From an uncultured Fibrobacteraceae bacterium (GTDB lineage: Bacteria; Krumholzibacteriota; Krumholzibacteriia; LZORAL124-64-63), in NCBI GenBank assembly GCA_964617805.1, contig CAZTWK010000004.1:15860-79859 (forward strand): a stretch of 64,000 nucleotides of DNA. The letters run 5' to 3'. The notes under the pieces are model-generated. The model did not search any database. It had not been told where the DNA came from and was given only the letters and a program-made list of their open reading frames with translations. Below are positions 54,690 to 64,000 of the stretch, one piece after another (the stretch's first letter is position 1; every line of letters starts with the position of its first letter). The position numbers and the translations under genes were made by a program.

Positions 54690-56195
54690 CTACTCGGCCT
54701 CGACAGTCTCGATGTAGGCCACGGTGCGATTGTTGGGCACGAAGATCTCCTTGGCCACGCGCTGGACGTCCTCGACCGTGACGGCTTCGATGTCGTCGAG
54801 CTGCACGAACATCTCGCGCCAGTCGCCGGTGAGTCCCTGGTAGGACGCGAGCTGGCGCGCCAGGCCCAGGTTGCCCCGCAGCGAGCGTACGTAGTTGGCC
54901 TTGGCACGGCGCTTCACTCCGGCCAGTTCCTCCTCGGACACGCCCTCATCGACCAGCTTCTGAATCTCCTCGAAGATGGCTTCCTCGATCTCGAGGGCGG
55001 TGACGTCCTTGGACGGTATGCCCAGGAAGGCCAGCAGGGTCGGGTACTTGTTGGCGGGGAAGCCGGCGAAGGACATGACCTGCGCCGCGATCTTGTCCTG
55101 CTTCACCAGGCGCTCGTAGAGACGGCTGGTGCGGCCCTGGCCGATGATGTCGGCGATGGCCTCGTAGACGGCGTAGTCGGCGTCCGCGTAGTTACCGATG
55201 TGAAAGCCGCAGATGTAGAAGGGCTGGGACTCGTCCTCGATGACGATGCGGCGCTCGCCCTTCTGCTCGGGCTCGAAGGTGTCCATGACCGGGGGTTCGG
55301 CGTCGTTGACGTCCGCGAAGTACTTCTTGGCCAGCTTCTTGACCTCGTCGAAATCGACGTCGCCCACCACGGCCACGGTCATGTTCCCGCCCACGTACAA
55401 CTTGTCGTAGAAAGCCCGACAGTCGGCGCGGGTGGCGTTCTGGATGTCGCTCATCCAGCCGATGGTCGAGTGGTGGTAGGGATGGGCCATGAAGGACAGA
55501 TTCTGGAACTGCTCGATGAGCATGCCGATCGGACTGTTGTCCGTGCGCATGCGGCGTTCCTCGGTGACCGGGCCGTGCTTCTCGGTGTAGAACTGGCGCA
55601 GCACGGGGTCGGACATGCGCGTGCCCTCGAGGTAGGCCCACAGCTCGAGGCGGTTGCTCGGGAAGCTGTAGAAGTAGTTCGTGGCGTCGGTCCAGGTGCC
55701 GGCGTTCATGCCGCGGCCACCGTTGTTCTCGACGATCTCGCCGAACTCGTTGCTGTTCACGAATTCCTTGGCCGCTTCCTCGGCGGCGTCGAAGACGGCC
55801 TGCAGCTCGGCCAGCTTGTCGGGATCGGCCTCGTCGCCCTTGTTGCGCTCTTCGAGCAGCGCGAGGAAGGCCGCGTCCTCGGCCTGCATGGCCTTGAGCT
55901 CCTTCTTGATGTCCTTGGTGCCGATCTCGGAGGTGCCCTTGAAGGCCATGTGCTCCAGGATGTGCGCCATGCCCGTGTGCCCGGTCACCTCGTCGGAGCT
56001 GCCGACGTTCATGTAGGTGTTGAAGGAGAAGACGGGCACGTCGTGCCGCTCGAGCACGATGAAGTGGATGCCGTTGTCCAGGGTGAACTCCTGGACCTGG
56101 TCCTGGATCTCCTGGGGGCCGGCCAGGGCGGTCGCCGCCAGCAGCAGCACGGCGCCCAACAGACCTGTCGCCAGTTTCTTGTGGATTACGGGCAT
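54690..56195 (-). CDS. M16-family zinc metallopeptidase (active subunit)
   Basis: Start MPVIHKK with SD GGAGG. Signal peptide. Inverted zinc-binding motif HILEHMAF. Confidence 0.85.
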   Translation of the reverse strand: MPVIHKKLATGLLGAVLLLAATALAGPQEIQDQVQEFTLDNGIHFIVLERHDVPVFSFNTYMNVGSSDEVTGHTGMAHILEHMAFKGTSEIGTKDIKKELKAMQAEDAAFLALLEERNKGDEADPDKLAELQAVFDAAEEAAKEFVNSNEFGEIVENNGGRGMNAGTWTDATNYFYSFPSNRLELWAYLEGTRMSDPVLRQFYTEKHGPVTEERRMRTDNSPIGMLIEQFQNLSFMAHPYHHSTIGWMSDIQNATRADCRAFYDKLYVGGNMTVAVVGDVDFDEVKKLAKKYFADVNDAEPPVMDTFEPEQKGERRIVIEDESQPFYICGFHIGNYADADYAVYEAIADIIGQGRTSRLYERLVKQDKIAAQVMSFAGFPANKYPTLLAFLGIPSKDVTALEIEEAIFEEIQKLVDEGVSEEELAGVKRRAKANYVRSLRGNLGLARQLASYQGLTGDWREMFVQLDDIEAVTVEDVQRVAKEIFVPNNRTVAYIETVEAE

Positions 56196-56352
56196 GATGC
56201 CTCCATCTGTTAGCTCTCCCCGCCCGCGGGACACGGAGAGCGACCGTTTCACGATCCGCTCCGAGCCGGATCCTGTACGAGTGCGATGTGATGTGGGTGG
56301 TGCGGGACCCGGAGAGGCACGCTAGCACCATCACACGGTCCTGTCAAATCCC

Positions 56353-57204
56353 TCACCTGAAGAGTTCCTTGCGTCTCAATAGCCAGCAACCGAGTAGGAT
56401 ACTGACGCCGACCACGGCCAGCAACACCAGCCCCGACTGCCAGGGCGACGGGGGAACCTCGTTGAGCACCATCTGCTTGAGGTGCTGCAACAGATTGGGG
56501 ACGCTCTCCGAATCGGGCGCCGTGTTCTGGAGCAGGTTGCGCAGGTGGAAGACCACCGTCATCTCCTGCAGGCGCAGGGGCGCGTTGCCGCCGATGGACT
56601 CCCAGCCGAAGGCGAAGAGGATGGCCGGCAGCAGGGGCTTCTTCAGCCAGGTGCCCAGGCAGGCGAAGATGGCCGAGTAGACCACGGCGCCGCAGACGAT
56701 CACCACGCAGGCGCCGATGTAGAGCCTCAGGAAATCCCAGGACAGGATGCCGAAGTTGCCGACGATCATCACCAGGAAACAGACCACCAGTGAGCCCGAG
56801 ACCAGCACCGCGGAGACCGCCTGGGCGGCGAAGAGCCGGCCCACGTAGATGGCCTCGCGGCGCAGCGGCCGGGTCCAGTAGTAGATGATGGTGCCCTCGT
56901 CGGCGCTCTCGCCGATGGCCGACAGCCCGAAGGCCAGCGACACCACGGCCACCATGAAGTGCACGTAGACCATGCCGCTGAGATTGGCCAGCAGCAGGTC
57001 CGGCGAGATGAGGCCGTCCTTGTCGAGCAGGCGCCAGGCGACCACGAGCACCACCGGCAGCAGCATGAGCAGCCCCACCGAGAGGATGCGCCGCCGGCGC
57101 ACCATCTCCCGGAAGGAGAAGAAGGCGATCCAGAAGGCCGAGAACCAGATCGAGAGCGGTCGATCGGTGCCGGCGGCGGGAGCGGTCGCGGTCCGGGACG
57201 TCAT
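56353..57204 (-). CDS. ABC-2 type transporter permease
   Basis: 283 aa. Six hydrophobic segments. Follows an ABC ATPase gene. Confidence 0.65.
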   Translation of the reverse strand: MTSRTATAPAAGTDRPLSIWFSAFWIAFFSFREMVRRRRILSVGLLMLLPVVLVVAWRLLDKDGLISPDLLLANLSGMVYVHFMVAVVSLAFGLSAIGESADEGTIIYYWTRPLRREAIYVGRLFAAQAVSAVLVSGSLVVCFLVMIVGNFGILSWDFLRLYIGACVVIVCGAVVYSAIFACLGTWLKKPLLPAILFAFGWESIGGNAPLRLQEMTVVFHLRNLLQNTAPDSESVPNLLQHLKQMVLNEVPPSPWQSGLVLLAVVGVSILLGCWLLRRKELFR

Positions 57205-57205
57205 C

Positions 57206-58153
57206 TCACCCTCCCACCAGATAGTCGAAGACGGCCTGCAGGTTGTCGTCGAGGGTCTGGAACTCGTCGACGGGCAGGTTCTCGGCGAGCAGCCAGCCCG
57301 GCAGTTCGCGGTAGAAGCTCACCGCGTGGTCCGTGCGCACCACGACCCGGCCGAACTCGTCGAGCTCCACGCCGACCACCAGTTCCTGGCCGGCCAGGAA
57401 CGACGAAAGGCGGCGTGGGTCGGGGCTCTTGAAGGCCACGATGGTCGGCCTGTCCTCGATGGCGTCGCGGATCTCGGTGATGTCGCCCTCGGCCATGAGC
57501 TTGCCGTGGTGGATCAGGGCGATCGACCGGGTCATGGTCTCGATCTCGGGCAGGATATGGCTCGAGACGATCACGCAACGGCCCTCACCGCCGAGACGCT
57601 TGACCAGGGACACGATTTCGCGTCGCGAGACCGGATCCATGCCGTTGAGCGGCTCGTCCAGGAAGATGATCTCGGGATCGTGGGCCAGGGCCTGGGCCAT
57701 CTTGATCTTCTGGCGCATGCCCTTGGAGTAGGCGCCGATGCGCGTATCGGCGGCCTCGGTCAGATGCACGAGTTCGAGGGCGTCGCCGGTGCGACGGACG
57801 ACCTCGGGCGTCTCGTAGCCCATCAAGCGGATCATCAGGGAGAGAAACTCGCGTCCGGTCAGCCAGTCGAAGAGCGCGTCGCTCTCCGGACAAAAACCCA
57901 CACCCCTGAACAGGCCCACTTCGCGGCGCAGGCGGTTGCCGCGGATCGTCACCTCGCCCTGGCTGGGCACGATCAGGCCGGACATGAGCTTGAACAGGGT
58001 GGTCTTGCCGGCGCCGTTGAGTCCCAGCAGGCCGGTGACACCGGCGCCCAGGGAAAGAGTGCAGTCGTTGACGGCGATCACTTCGCCGAACCACTTGCTG
58101 ACCCGATCGGCGTGCAGCAGCGGGGAGTTCCGGTCGGCGACGAAACCGCTCAC
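57206..58153 (-). CDS. ABC transporter ATP-binding protein, GTG start
   Basis: SD GGAGGTGGTG then GTG overlapping the upstream stop (GTGA). Walker A GLNGAGKTT. Signature YSKGMRQK. Walker B IIFLDEP. Confidence 0.8.
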   Translation of the reverse strand: MSGFVADRNSPLLHADRVSKWFGEVIAVNDCTLSLGAGVTGLLGLNGAGKTTLFKLMSGLIVPSQGEVTIRGNRLRREVGLFRGVGFCPESDALFDWLTGREFLSLMIRLMGYETPEVVRRTGDALELVHLTEAADTRIGAYSKGMRQKIKMAQALAHDPEIIFLDEPLNGMDPVSRREIVSLVKRLGGEGRCVIVSSHILPEIETMTRSIALIHHGKLMAEGDITEIRDAIEDRPTIVAFKSPDPRRLSSFLAGQELVVGVELDEFGRVVVRTDHAVSFYRELPGWLLAENLPVDEFQTLDDNLQAVFDYLVGG

Positions 58154-59004
58154 GACACCACCTCCACCGGTCGGATACGGGTGCGCAGGATCAACCAGCC
58201 CGCCACGGCGTAGAGCACGACCACCGTCAGGCTGACGACGGGCGCCACACCCTCCAGGTGCCGCGTCGCGCCGAAGAACAGGGTGCCGGCATTGAGAAAC
58301 TGCCCCGGGAAACTCATGATCGCCAGCCGGGCGTCGAACAGGGCATTGATCTCGGCCAGCGCGTCGGTACCCGCGACCAGCAGCACCCACCACATGACCG
58401 AAAAGGCCGTCCGGGTCATCATCGCCGAGATGGACAGCAGGACCAGCGCGTAGACGGATCCCGCCAGCAGACAGTAGGCGGTGGCGCGCAAGGGGATCTC
58501 CAGGAGCATTTCCAGACCGGTGGCGCCGTTGGTCACCAGATAGCCGAAGATACAGAGCGCATAGATGGGAAAAAGCGTGACCGAGAAGTAGTAGGTCATG
58601 ATGATGGCGCCCTTGCCCGCCACGTAGTCGCGCAGGCCGAGCGGGCGCGAGAAATAGAGCGCGAGACCGTTCTCGCGCCGGTCCTTGGTGATCAGGTTCG
58701 CACCGATGATGGCCAGGACGATCAGCACGAACGGCGACTGCCACTTGAGGAACTCGTGGAAACCGGCGGCGGTGATGTCGGTCCAGGCGCCGCCCAGCAG
58801 ACGGGTCAGCTCGCCCATCTTGAAGGTGAAGTAGAGGATGCCGCCCTTGACGATCGCCGGCACCCAGGCCACCACCAGCAGGAAGAGCAGACGACGGCTC
58901 TTGATGGGTTCGGCGATGCCGCGCTTGGCGATCGCCCACCACGCGGGGGCGGCGCGTCGGCCGGAGTATTCCCAGTGACGATAGCCGCGCTCGTAGACCG
59001 GCAT
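58150..59004 (-). CDS. ABC-2 type transporter permease
   Basis: 284 aa. Multiple transmembrane helices. Adjacent to ATPase genes. Confidence 0.65.
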   Translation of the reverse strand: MPVYERGYRHWEYSGRRAAPAWWAIAKRGIAEPIKSRRLLFLLVVAWVPAIVKGGILYFTFKMGELTRLLGGAWTDITAAGFHEFLKWQSPFVLIVLAIIGANLITKDRRENGLALYFSRPLGLRDYVAGKGAIIMTYYFSVTLFPIYALCIFGYLVTNGATGLEMLLEIPLRATAYCLLAGSVYALVLLSISAMMTRTAFSVMWWVLLVAGTDALAEINALFDARLAIMSFPGQFLNAGTLFFGATRHLEGVAPVVSLTVVVLYAVAGWLILRTRIRPVEVVS

Positions 59005-59005
59005 G

Positions 59006-59983
59006 TCACTCCCCCTTCCCGGCGGTTGCAGCCGCGCCGTTGTCCACCAGCCTGAAGAACAGGTCTTCGAGGGTCTCGGTCTTGATCTCGAGTCGCCGCA
59101 GGGCGAATTCGCAGCCCGCAGCCGCCTCCAGGATCAGCCTGGCGCCGTTGGCACGGGGCAGGGTCACCTCCCACAACCGGTCCCTTCGCTCCACGCCTGC
59201 ACCGGCGTCGGTGAGCCCGGCCGCGAAAGCCTGCTCGTCCCCGAACCCCTCCACGATGTACGCCTCCTGATCACCGGTGGTCTCCGCCCTCACGCGGCCG
59301 TGATCCAGCAGCACGCCTTCGCGCAGCACGAGGATCTCATCGCACACGGCGCGCACGTCGGCCAGCAGATGTGTCGAAAGGATCACGCCGAAACCCTTGG
59401 CGCGGGCCAGGTCGCGAACCAGCTCCAGCAGGCTCACGCGGCCGCTGGGGTCGAGACCGCTGGTAGGTTCGTCCAGCAGTAGCCAGTCGGGGTCGTGCAC
59501 CAGGGCCTGGGCGAGCTTCAGACGCTGGCGCATGCCCTGGCTGTAGGTGTCGGCCTTGCGGTAGCGCTCGTCGGCGAGGCCCACGTAGTTCAGCACCTCG
59601 TGGGCGCGCTGCAGGGCGTCGGTGGGCGGCATGCCCGAGAGCTCGCCCAGGTAGGCCACCATGCCCACGCCGCTCATGGCGGGCAGGATGCCGCCGCGCT
59701 CGGGCATCCAGCCGAGGCGGCGACGGGCGGCGTGGGGGTCGGCGGACATGTCGCTGCCGAGCACCGTCACGCTGCCGCGGGGCACCCGCAGATGGCCCAG
59801 CAGGGCGCGCAGCAGGGTGGTCTTGCCTGAGCCGTTGGGCCCCAGCAGGCCGATGGCGCGCTTCTCGAGGGTGAAGCCCACGTCGCTCAGCACGGGGACG
59901 CGCCCGTAGGCGAAGGTCAGGCCGCTGACCTCGATGGCGCCCGTGTCGGTCCGGTTGACTTTGGCGTGTCCAGTCTGCATCAT
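59006..59983 (-). CDS. ABC transporter ATP-binding protein
   Basis: Walker A GPNGSGKTT. Signature YSQGMRQR. Walker B LLLDEPTSGLD. Confidence 0.8.
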   Translation of the reverse strand: MMQTGHAKVNRTDTGAIEVSGLTFAYGRVPVLSDVGFTLEKRAIGLLGPNGSGKTTLLRALLGHLRVPRGSVTVLGSDMSADPHAARRRLGWMPERGGILPAMSGVGMVAYLGELSGMPPTDALQRAHEVLNYVGLADERYRKADTYSQGMRQRLKLAQALVHDPDWLLLDEPTSGLDPSGRVSLLELVRDLARAKGFGVILSTHLLADVRAVCDEILVLREGVLLDHGRVRAETTGDQEAYIVEGFGDEQAFAAGLTDAGAGVERRDRLWEVTLPRANGARLILEAAAGCEFALRRLEIKTETLEDLFFRLVDNGAAATAGKGE

Positions 59984-60121
59984 GGATTCCGTAATTCAAT
60001 CGGTCGTACGCCGGATCACAGAGTCGATCAGGCTGCTTTTACGGCACGCGGCGACCATTGTTTCAGAGACGCAGGGAATTGCAAGGAAGTTCCCTCGCTC
60101 GAACGGGAAGAGGTGGGAGAG

Positions 60122-61319
60122 CATGGCGAAGAAGCCCTTCGGATTCAGCACCCGATGCGTCCACGGTCACGGCCACCAGTCCGACGGACGCTGGCGGACG
60201 GCCCGCCCGGTATCGGTCCCCATCGTGCAGACCTCCACCTTCGCCTTCGACAACGCCGACCACGGCGCGGCCATCTTCGCCGGCGAGGACGACGGCTTCC
60301 TCTACACCCGTCTGGGCAATCCCACCCAGGAGGCCCTGGAGCAGCGCATGGCCGCCCTGGAGGGCGCCGAGGCCGCCCTGGCGGTGGCCAGCGGCATGGC
60401 GGCGGCCACCACGGCGGTGCTGACCCTCTGCGAGTGCGGCGACCACATCGTCTCGGGCGACACCCTCTACGGCGGCACCCACCAGCTCTTCTCCCACACC
60501 CTGCCCCGCCTGGGCATCGAGGTGACCGAGGTCAACGCCACCGATCCCGCCCACTTCGAGGCGGCCATCACCGACAAGACCAAGCTGATCTACGTGGAGA
60601 CCCCGGCCAATCCGACCCTGGTGCTCACGAACATCCCCGCCGTGGCGGAGATCGCCCACGCCCACGGCCTCCCGCTGCTGGTCGACAACACCTTCTGCAC
60701 GCCCGCGCTGCAGCGGCCGGTGGAGATGGGCGCCGACATCATCCTGCACAGCGGCACGAAATACATCGGCGGCCACGGCGACGCCATCGCGGGCCTGCTG
60801 GTCGGCGACGCCGAGTTCATCACCCGCGCCCGCTTCGAGACCCTGCGCGACGTGGGCGGCTGCATCAGCCCCTTCAACGCCTGGCTGCTGATCCGCGGCC
60901 TGAAGACCCTGCCCATCCGCATGGAGAAGCACTGCGAGAACGCCATGACCATGGCCCGCTGGCTGGTCGATCACCCCAAGGTGATCAAGGTCAACCACCC
61001 CGGCCTCGACAGCCACCCGCAGCACGAACTGGCGGTGCGCCAGCAGGACGGCTTCGGCGGCCTGATCACCTTCGAGATCGAGGGCGGCCGCGAAGCCGGC
61101 AAGACCGTCATGGACAACGTGAAGCTCTGCACCCTGGCGGTGAGCCTGGGCGACGTGGACACCCTCATCGAGCACCCGGCGACCATGACGCACTCGACCT
61201 ACAGCGAGGACGAGCTGCGGCACGTGGGGATCGCCCCCGCCATGATACGGCTCTCGGTCGGGCTGGAGGACCCCACGGACATCATGGCGGATCTCGATCA
61301 AGCGATCGCACGGATATAG
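60122..61319 (+). CDS. PLP-dependent Cys/Met-metabolism enzyme (methionine gamma-lyase / cystathionine gamma-synthase / O-acetylhomoserine sulfhydrylase family)
   Basis: Internal start MAKKPFGFSTRCVHG. PLP-lysine region HSGTKYIGGHGD. C-terminus typical of the family. Confidence 0.8.
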
Positions 61320-61352
61320 ACGGGCCATGGCTTGTTCGAGATCAGATGATGT

Positions 61353-61916
61353 TCAGGGCTCCAGAACCGAAGCGCCGGTGGGTTGGGGGTAGCGGCGGAT
61401 GATGAGGGCCGCCAGTTCGGCGCCCAGGCCCAGACCGCTGCCGGTGAGCAGGCCGTTGGTCGTGTTCACCAGCAAGGGTGTCCCGTACTCCGTCCAGCCG
61501 AAGGACTGGGCCAGCATGTACGTCGCCAGCGCGTAGGATCCGGCGCAGAGCACGCCCCAGAGCAGGAACTTGCCGAAGACGAGGCGGGGCAGGTAGGTAT
61601 TGAGGGCCGCGCCGAGGTAGATGGCCAGGGCCAGGGCATGCGCGATGACGACGTCGCGCAGGATCAGCCTGGACGTGTCGGATCCCGTCGTCAGCTTCAT
61701 CAGCACGGCCACGACCAGCACGAGCAGATAGAAACGGGAGGACCGCAAGCGGAACGCGCCCACGACCAGGATGCCGCCCAGCAATCCCAGTGGGACGAAC
61801 TGGAACGCCTGCATCTCCCGGTTGAAGATGAGGGGCCCATACTTCAATGAGCCGGCCCACATGCAACCGGCCCAACACAACAACACCGTCAAGATCACCT
61901 GATACATACCACGCAT
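61353..61916 (-). CDS. hypothetical membrane protein
   Basis: Start MRGMYQVILTVLLCWAGC with SD GGGGAGGGG. Four to five transmembrane segments. Confidence 0.5.
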   Translation of the reverse strand: MRGMYQVILTVLLCWAGCMWAGSLKYGPLIFNREMQAFQFVPLGLLGGILVVGAFRLRSSRFYLLVLVVAVLMKLTTGSDTSRLILRDVVIAHALALAIYLGAALNTYLPRLVFGKFLLWGVLCAGSYALATYMLAQSFGWTEYGTPLLVNTTNGLLTGSGLGLGAELAALIIRRYPQPTGASVLEP

Positions 61917-62027
61917 GGCCCCTCCCCCGATACGATCACGAATATCGAAGCCTGATACGAACTCCAGCCTACAATGTTCGCGGACGGATTGCACAGGCCA
62001 ATGAAGAGACACCGGGACCTTACCTGA

Positions 62028-62115
62028 GCCGATCCGGGTGGACAGAGAGACGCGCCAGAATTGATGCGCTTCGCGGATGCAATTCTGGCGCGTCTCTCTG
62101 TCCACCCGGATCGGC
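62028..62115. repeat. 88-bp hairpin with 36-bp perfect stem and 16-nt loop, abutting the ctp stop codon
   Basis: gccgatccgggtggacagagagacgcgccagaattg (62028-62063) is the exact reverse complement of 62080-62115. No U-run follows on either strand. Confidence 0.6.
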
Positions 62116-62117
62116 CC

Positions 62118-63875
62118 TCAGTGTACGGCCGTGGCAGTCTCATCCTCGGCCTGTGCAACCCTCTCCGCTTCCCACTCCGCGGCGATCGCCAGCAGGTCCG
62201 TGGTGGTCCGGGCCCGCTTGAAGATCTCGAGGGTTTCCTGGAGCTGCACGTCGTCCTCGATGGCCACCTGGTAGGCGGCCTGGGGGCCGAAGTTGCGGCG
62301 CATGAGCTCACGGCGGATACCCTGGCGGATGTAGTCGGCGTTCTCGGCCAGCAGGTCGTCGGTGCGCACCAGTTCGTAGACGCCGAGGTACTCGTCGATC
62401 TTCTCGCGGGTGCCGAGGTGCTCGGCGAAGGTCGCCAGCATGTCCGCGTCGACCACCGCGTCGCGGCCGACCTCGTGGTGGGCCGACCAGGTGGTCGCGA
62501 AGCTGAAGAGGGCGCCGTCGCGCTCCAGCGCCACCTCGAAGTCGGTCAGGAAGGGCTGCTCGATCTCGATGTCCGGGGTGATGCCGCCGCCACCGTAGAC
62601 GATGCGGCCGGCGTCGGTGCTGAACTTCTCCTTCTCGTCGCGCGGGACGTCCTGCTCGATCTCGGCCGCGTCGCCCTGGCCCTCCAGCGGCGCCTCGGTC
62701 AGGTCGATGTCGCTGTCGTCCTCGTGGCGGTCCTTGTGGATGGAGCGGCCCGACGGCGTGTAGTACTTGGCCGTGGTCAGCTTCAGGGCGCGGTCGTCGC
62801 TCAGGGGGAAGACCGTCTGCACGGTGCCCTTGCCGAAGGTGGTCTTGCCCACCACCATGCCCAGGTCGTGATCCTGGATGGCCGCCGAGACGATCTCGCT
62901 GGCCGAGGCGGAGGAGCCGTTGACCATGACGATGGTCGGCAGCTCGGTGCGGCGCTGGGTGCCGGCGTCCTCGGCGTAGTAGCTGCGGTTCTGGCTGCGC
63001 AGGCGGCCCTTGGTGTAGACGATCAGGTCCCCGTCGTCCAGGAAGAGCTCGCTGACGCCGTTGGCCGACTCGAGCAGGCCTCCGGGGTTCCAGCGCAGGT
63101 CCAGGATCAGGCCGCGCGCGCCCTGGCTCTCCAGTTCGGCCAGTTTCTCGACCAGCTCGTCGGTGGTCGTGCGGGAGAAGTTGGCCACGCGGACGTAGCC
63201 GATGTCGTCGATCATGAAGGCGTAGGGAACGCTGTCCACCTGGATGATGTCGCGGGTGATGGTCAGGGGGAAGGGATCGTCGAGCCCCTCGCGTTCGATG
63301 GTGATGGTGACCTGGGTGCCCGGCTCGCCGCGCAGCAGCTTCACGGCGTCGTTGCTCGTGAAGTCGAGGGTCGTCTCCCCCTCGATCTCGATGATCTTGT
63401 CGCCGCCCTGGATGCCCATCAGGAACGCGGGCGTGCCTTCGATGGGCGAGACCACCGTCGGGTAGTGGTCCCGGATGTTGATGGTGATGCCCAGGCCGCC
63501 GAACTCGCCCTCGGTGGACATCATCAGGTCGTCGTAGAAGCTGGGCGGCAGGTACTGGGTGTGCTCGTCCAGGTAGTCGAGCATGCCCTCGATGCCGGAT
63601 TCCAGGAGCTCGTAGGCGTCCACGTCCTCGACGTAGTTGTAGAAAACCCGCTCGTAGACGCTGCCGAGAATCTTCAGTCCGTCCAGGAACTGCTGGCGAT
63701 CAGTGCCCCGGCCGGTGTCTTTGGCCTGCACGGAGCCCTGCCAGATCGGCACCAGCACCAACACCGCAAGCGCCAGCACGGAGCAGGCACGGCGGAGGAT
63801 CGGAGAGTGAAACCTCTTGGCGGCGTTCATTTTGTCTTCATCTTCCGTTGGTGGAGACGGCGCTGTCTTGCCCAC
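62118..63875 (-). CDS. ctp: carboxyl-terminal processing (tail-specific) protease, S41 family
   Basis: 585 aa. PDZ domain. S41 catalytic region GLILDLRWNPGG...TFGKGTVQTV. Signal peptide. Confidence 0.85.
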   Translation of the reverse strand: MGKTAPSPPTEDEDKMNAAKRFHSPILRRACSVLALAVLVLVPIWQGSVQAKDTGRGTDRQQFLDGLKILGSVYERVFYNYVEDVDAYELLESGIEGMLDYLDEHTQYLPPSFYDDLMMSTEGEFGGLGITINIRDHYPTVVSPIEGTPAFLMGIQGGDKIIEIEGETTLDFTSNDAVKLLRGEPGTQVTITIEREGLDDPFPLTITRDIIQVDSVPYAFMIDDIGYVRVANFSRTTTDELVEKLAELESQGARGLILDLRWNPGGLLESANGVSELFLDDGDLIVYTKGRLRSQNRSYYAEDAGTQRRTELPTIVMVNGSSASASEIVSAAIQDHDLGMVVGKTTFGKGTVQTVFPLSDDRALKLTTAKYYTPSGRSIHKDRHEDDSDIDLTEAPLEGQGDAAEIEQDVPRDEKEKFSTDAGRIVYGGGGITPDIEIEQPFLTDFEVALERDGALFSFATTWSAHHEVGRDAVVDADMLATFAEHLGTREKIDEYLGVYELVRTDDLLAENADYIRQGIRRELMRRNFGPQAAYQVAIEDDVQLQETLEIFKRARTTTDLLAIAAEWEAERVAQAEDETATAVH

Positions 63876-63887
63876 AAGATAAGCGGA

Positions 63888-64000
63888 TCAGAGTTTCCGC
63901 AGCAAATCGTGTTCCAGAGAACGCAGAAAGGCCACGGCTTGTTCCAACATCTCCGCGGGACTGCGGGTGGCGTCGACGACCCTGAAGCGGGGATCGCCCG
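63888..64000 (-). CDS. 3' end of an unidentified minus-strand gene (partial)
   Basis: Open frame to the window edge ending ...MLEQAVAFLRSLEHDLLRKL-TGA. No recognisable family in 37 residues. Confidence 0.25.
   Translation of the reverse strand, partial: GDPRFRVVDATRSPAEMLEQAVAFLRSLEHDLLRKL

Noticed and set aside
59984-60121. Possible SAM riboswitch upstream of the PLP-dependent Cys/Met enzyme gene
   Set aside because: The leader does not contain the conserved SAM-I/SAM-II motifs as far as I can tell by eye. Left unassigned.
1-64000. CRISPR arrays, tRNA/rRNA genes, transposases, integrases, prophage genes
   Set aside because: I found none on reading both strands. The only repeats are the structured palindromic elements listed above, which lack direct-repeat/spacer periodicity.

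Overview
High-GC bacterial chromosomal segment of 64 kb, densely coding, with most genes on the minus strand and many 1-4 nt stop/start overlaps (ATGA, GTGA). TGA is the normal stop codon here. I recognised no rRNA, tRNA, CRISPR array, transposase or integrase. Left end: an anthranilate-branch tryptophan operon trpE-trpG-trpD-trpC-trpF (trpF truncated by the window edge), preceded by a GC-hairpin plus T-run that looks like an attenuator. Upstream of it lie a DUF255/YyaL thioredoxin-domain gene and an O-methyltransferase. The most unusual locus is 8.3-15.4 kb, a porin-cytochrome (Mtr/Pio-like) module. In operon order it encodes an MtrA-like decaheme cytochrome (10 CXXCH), an MtrB/PioB-like outer-membrane beta-barrel, an embedded TetR regulator, an ~12-heme lipoprotein cytochrome whose reading frame contains an in-frame TGA, and a lipoprotein built from an internal tandem duplication of two rhodanese pairs (four rhodanese domains). 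A second secreted gene at 33.8-35.1 kb (metallophosphoesterase fused to a tetraheme cytochrome c domain) also has a single in-frame TGA, separating its only signal peptide from the heme-binding part. The two cases together look like selenocysteine recoding. Other content: a 1556-aa C25 (gingipain-like) multidomain protease with proprotein-convertase P-domain and T9SS C-terminal sorting domain; a PorX/PorY-like two-component pair (receiver-PglZ response regulator plus histidine kinase); alr, fur (with a Fur-box-like AT-rich site upstream), HU, a 1282-aa LptD/OstA-like protein, ROK kinase, folC, accD, rimI, tsaB, tsaE, serS, pyrF, pyrE, a GT-C-like membrane protein, two M16 peptidases, two ABC-2 ATPase/permease pairs, a PLP-dependent Cys/Met enzyme and a C-terminal processing protease. 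Non-coding: a three-copy ~130-150 bp structured repeat family (perfect 25-31 bp outer stems plus an inner hairpin, with compensatory changes between copies), a separate 36-bp perfect hairpin, twin inverted hairpin terminators, and short strongly AT-rich promoter islands.
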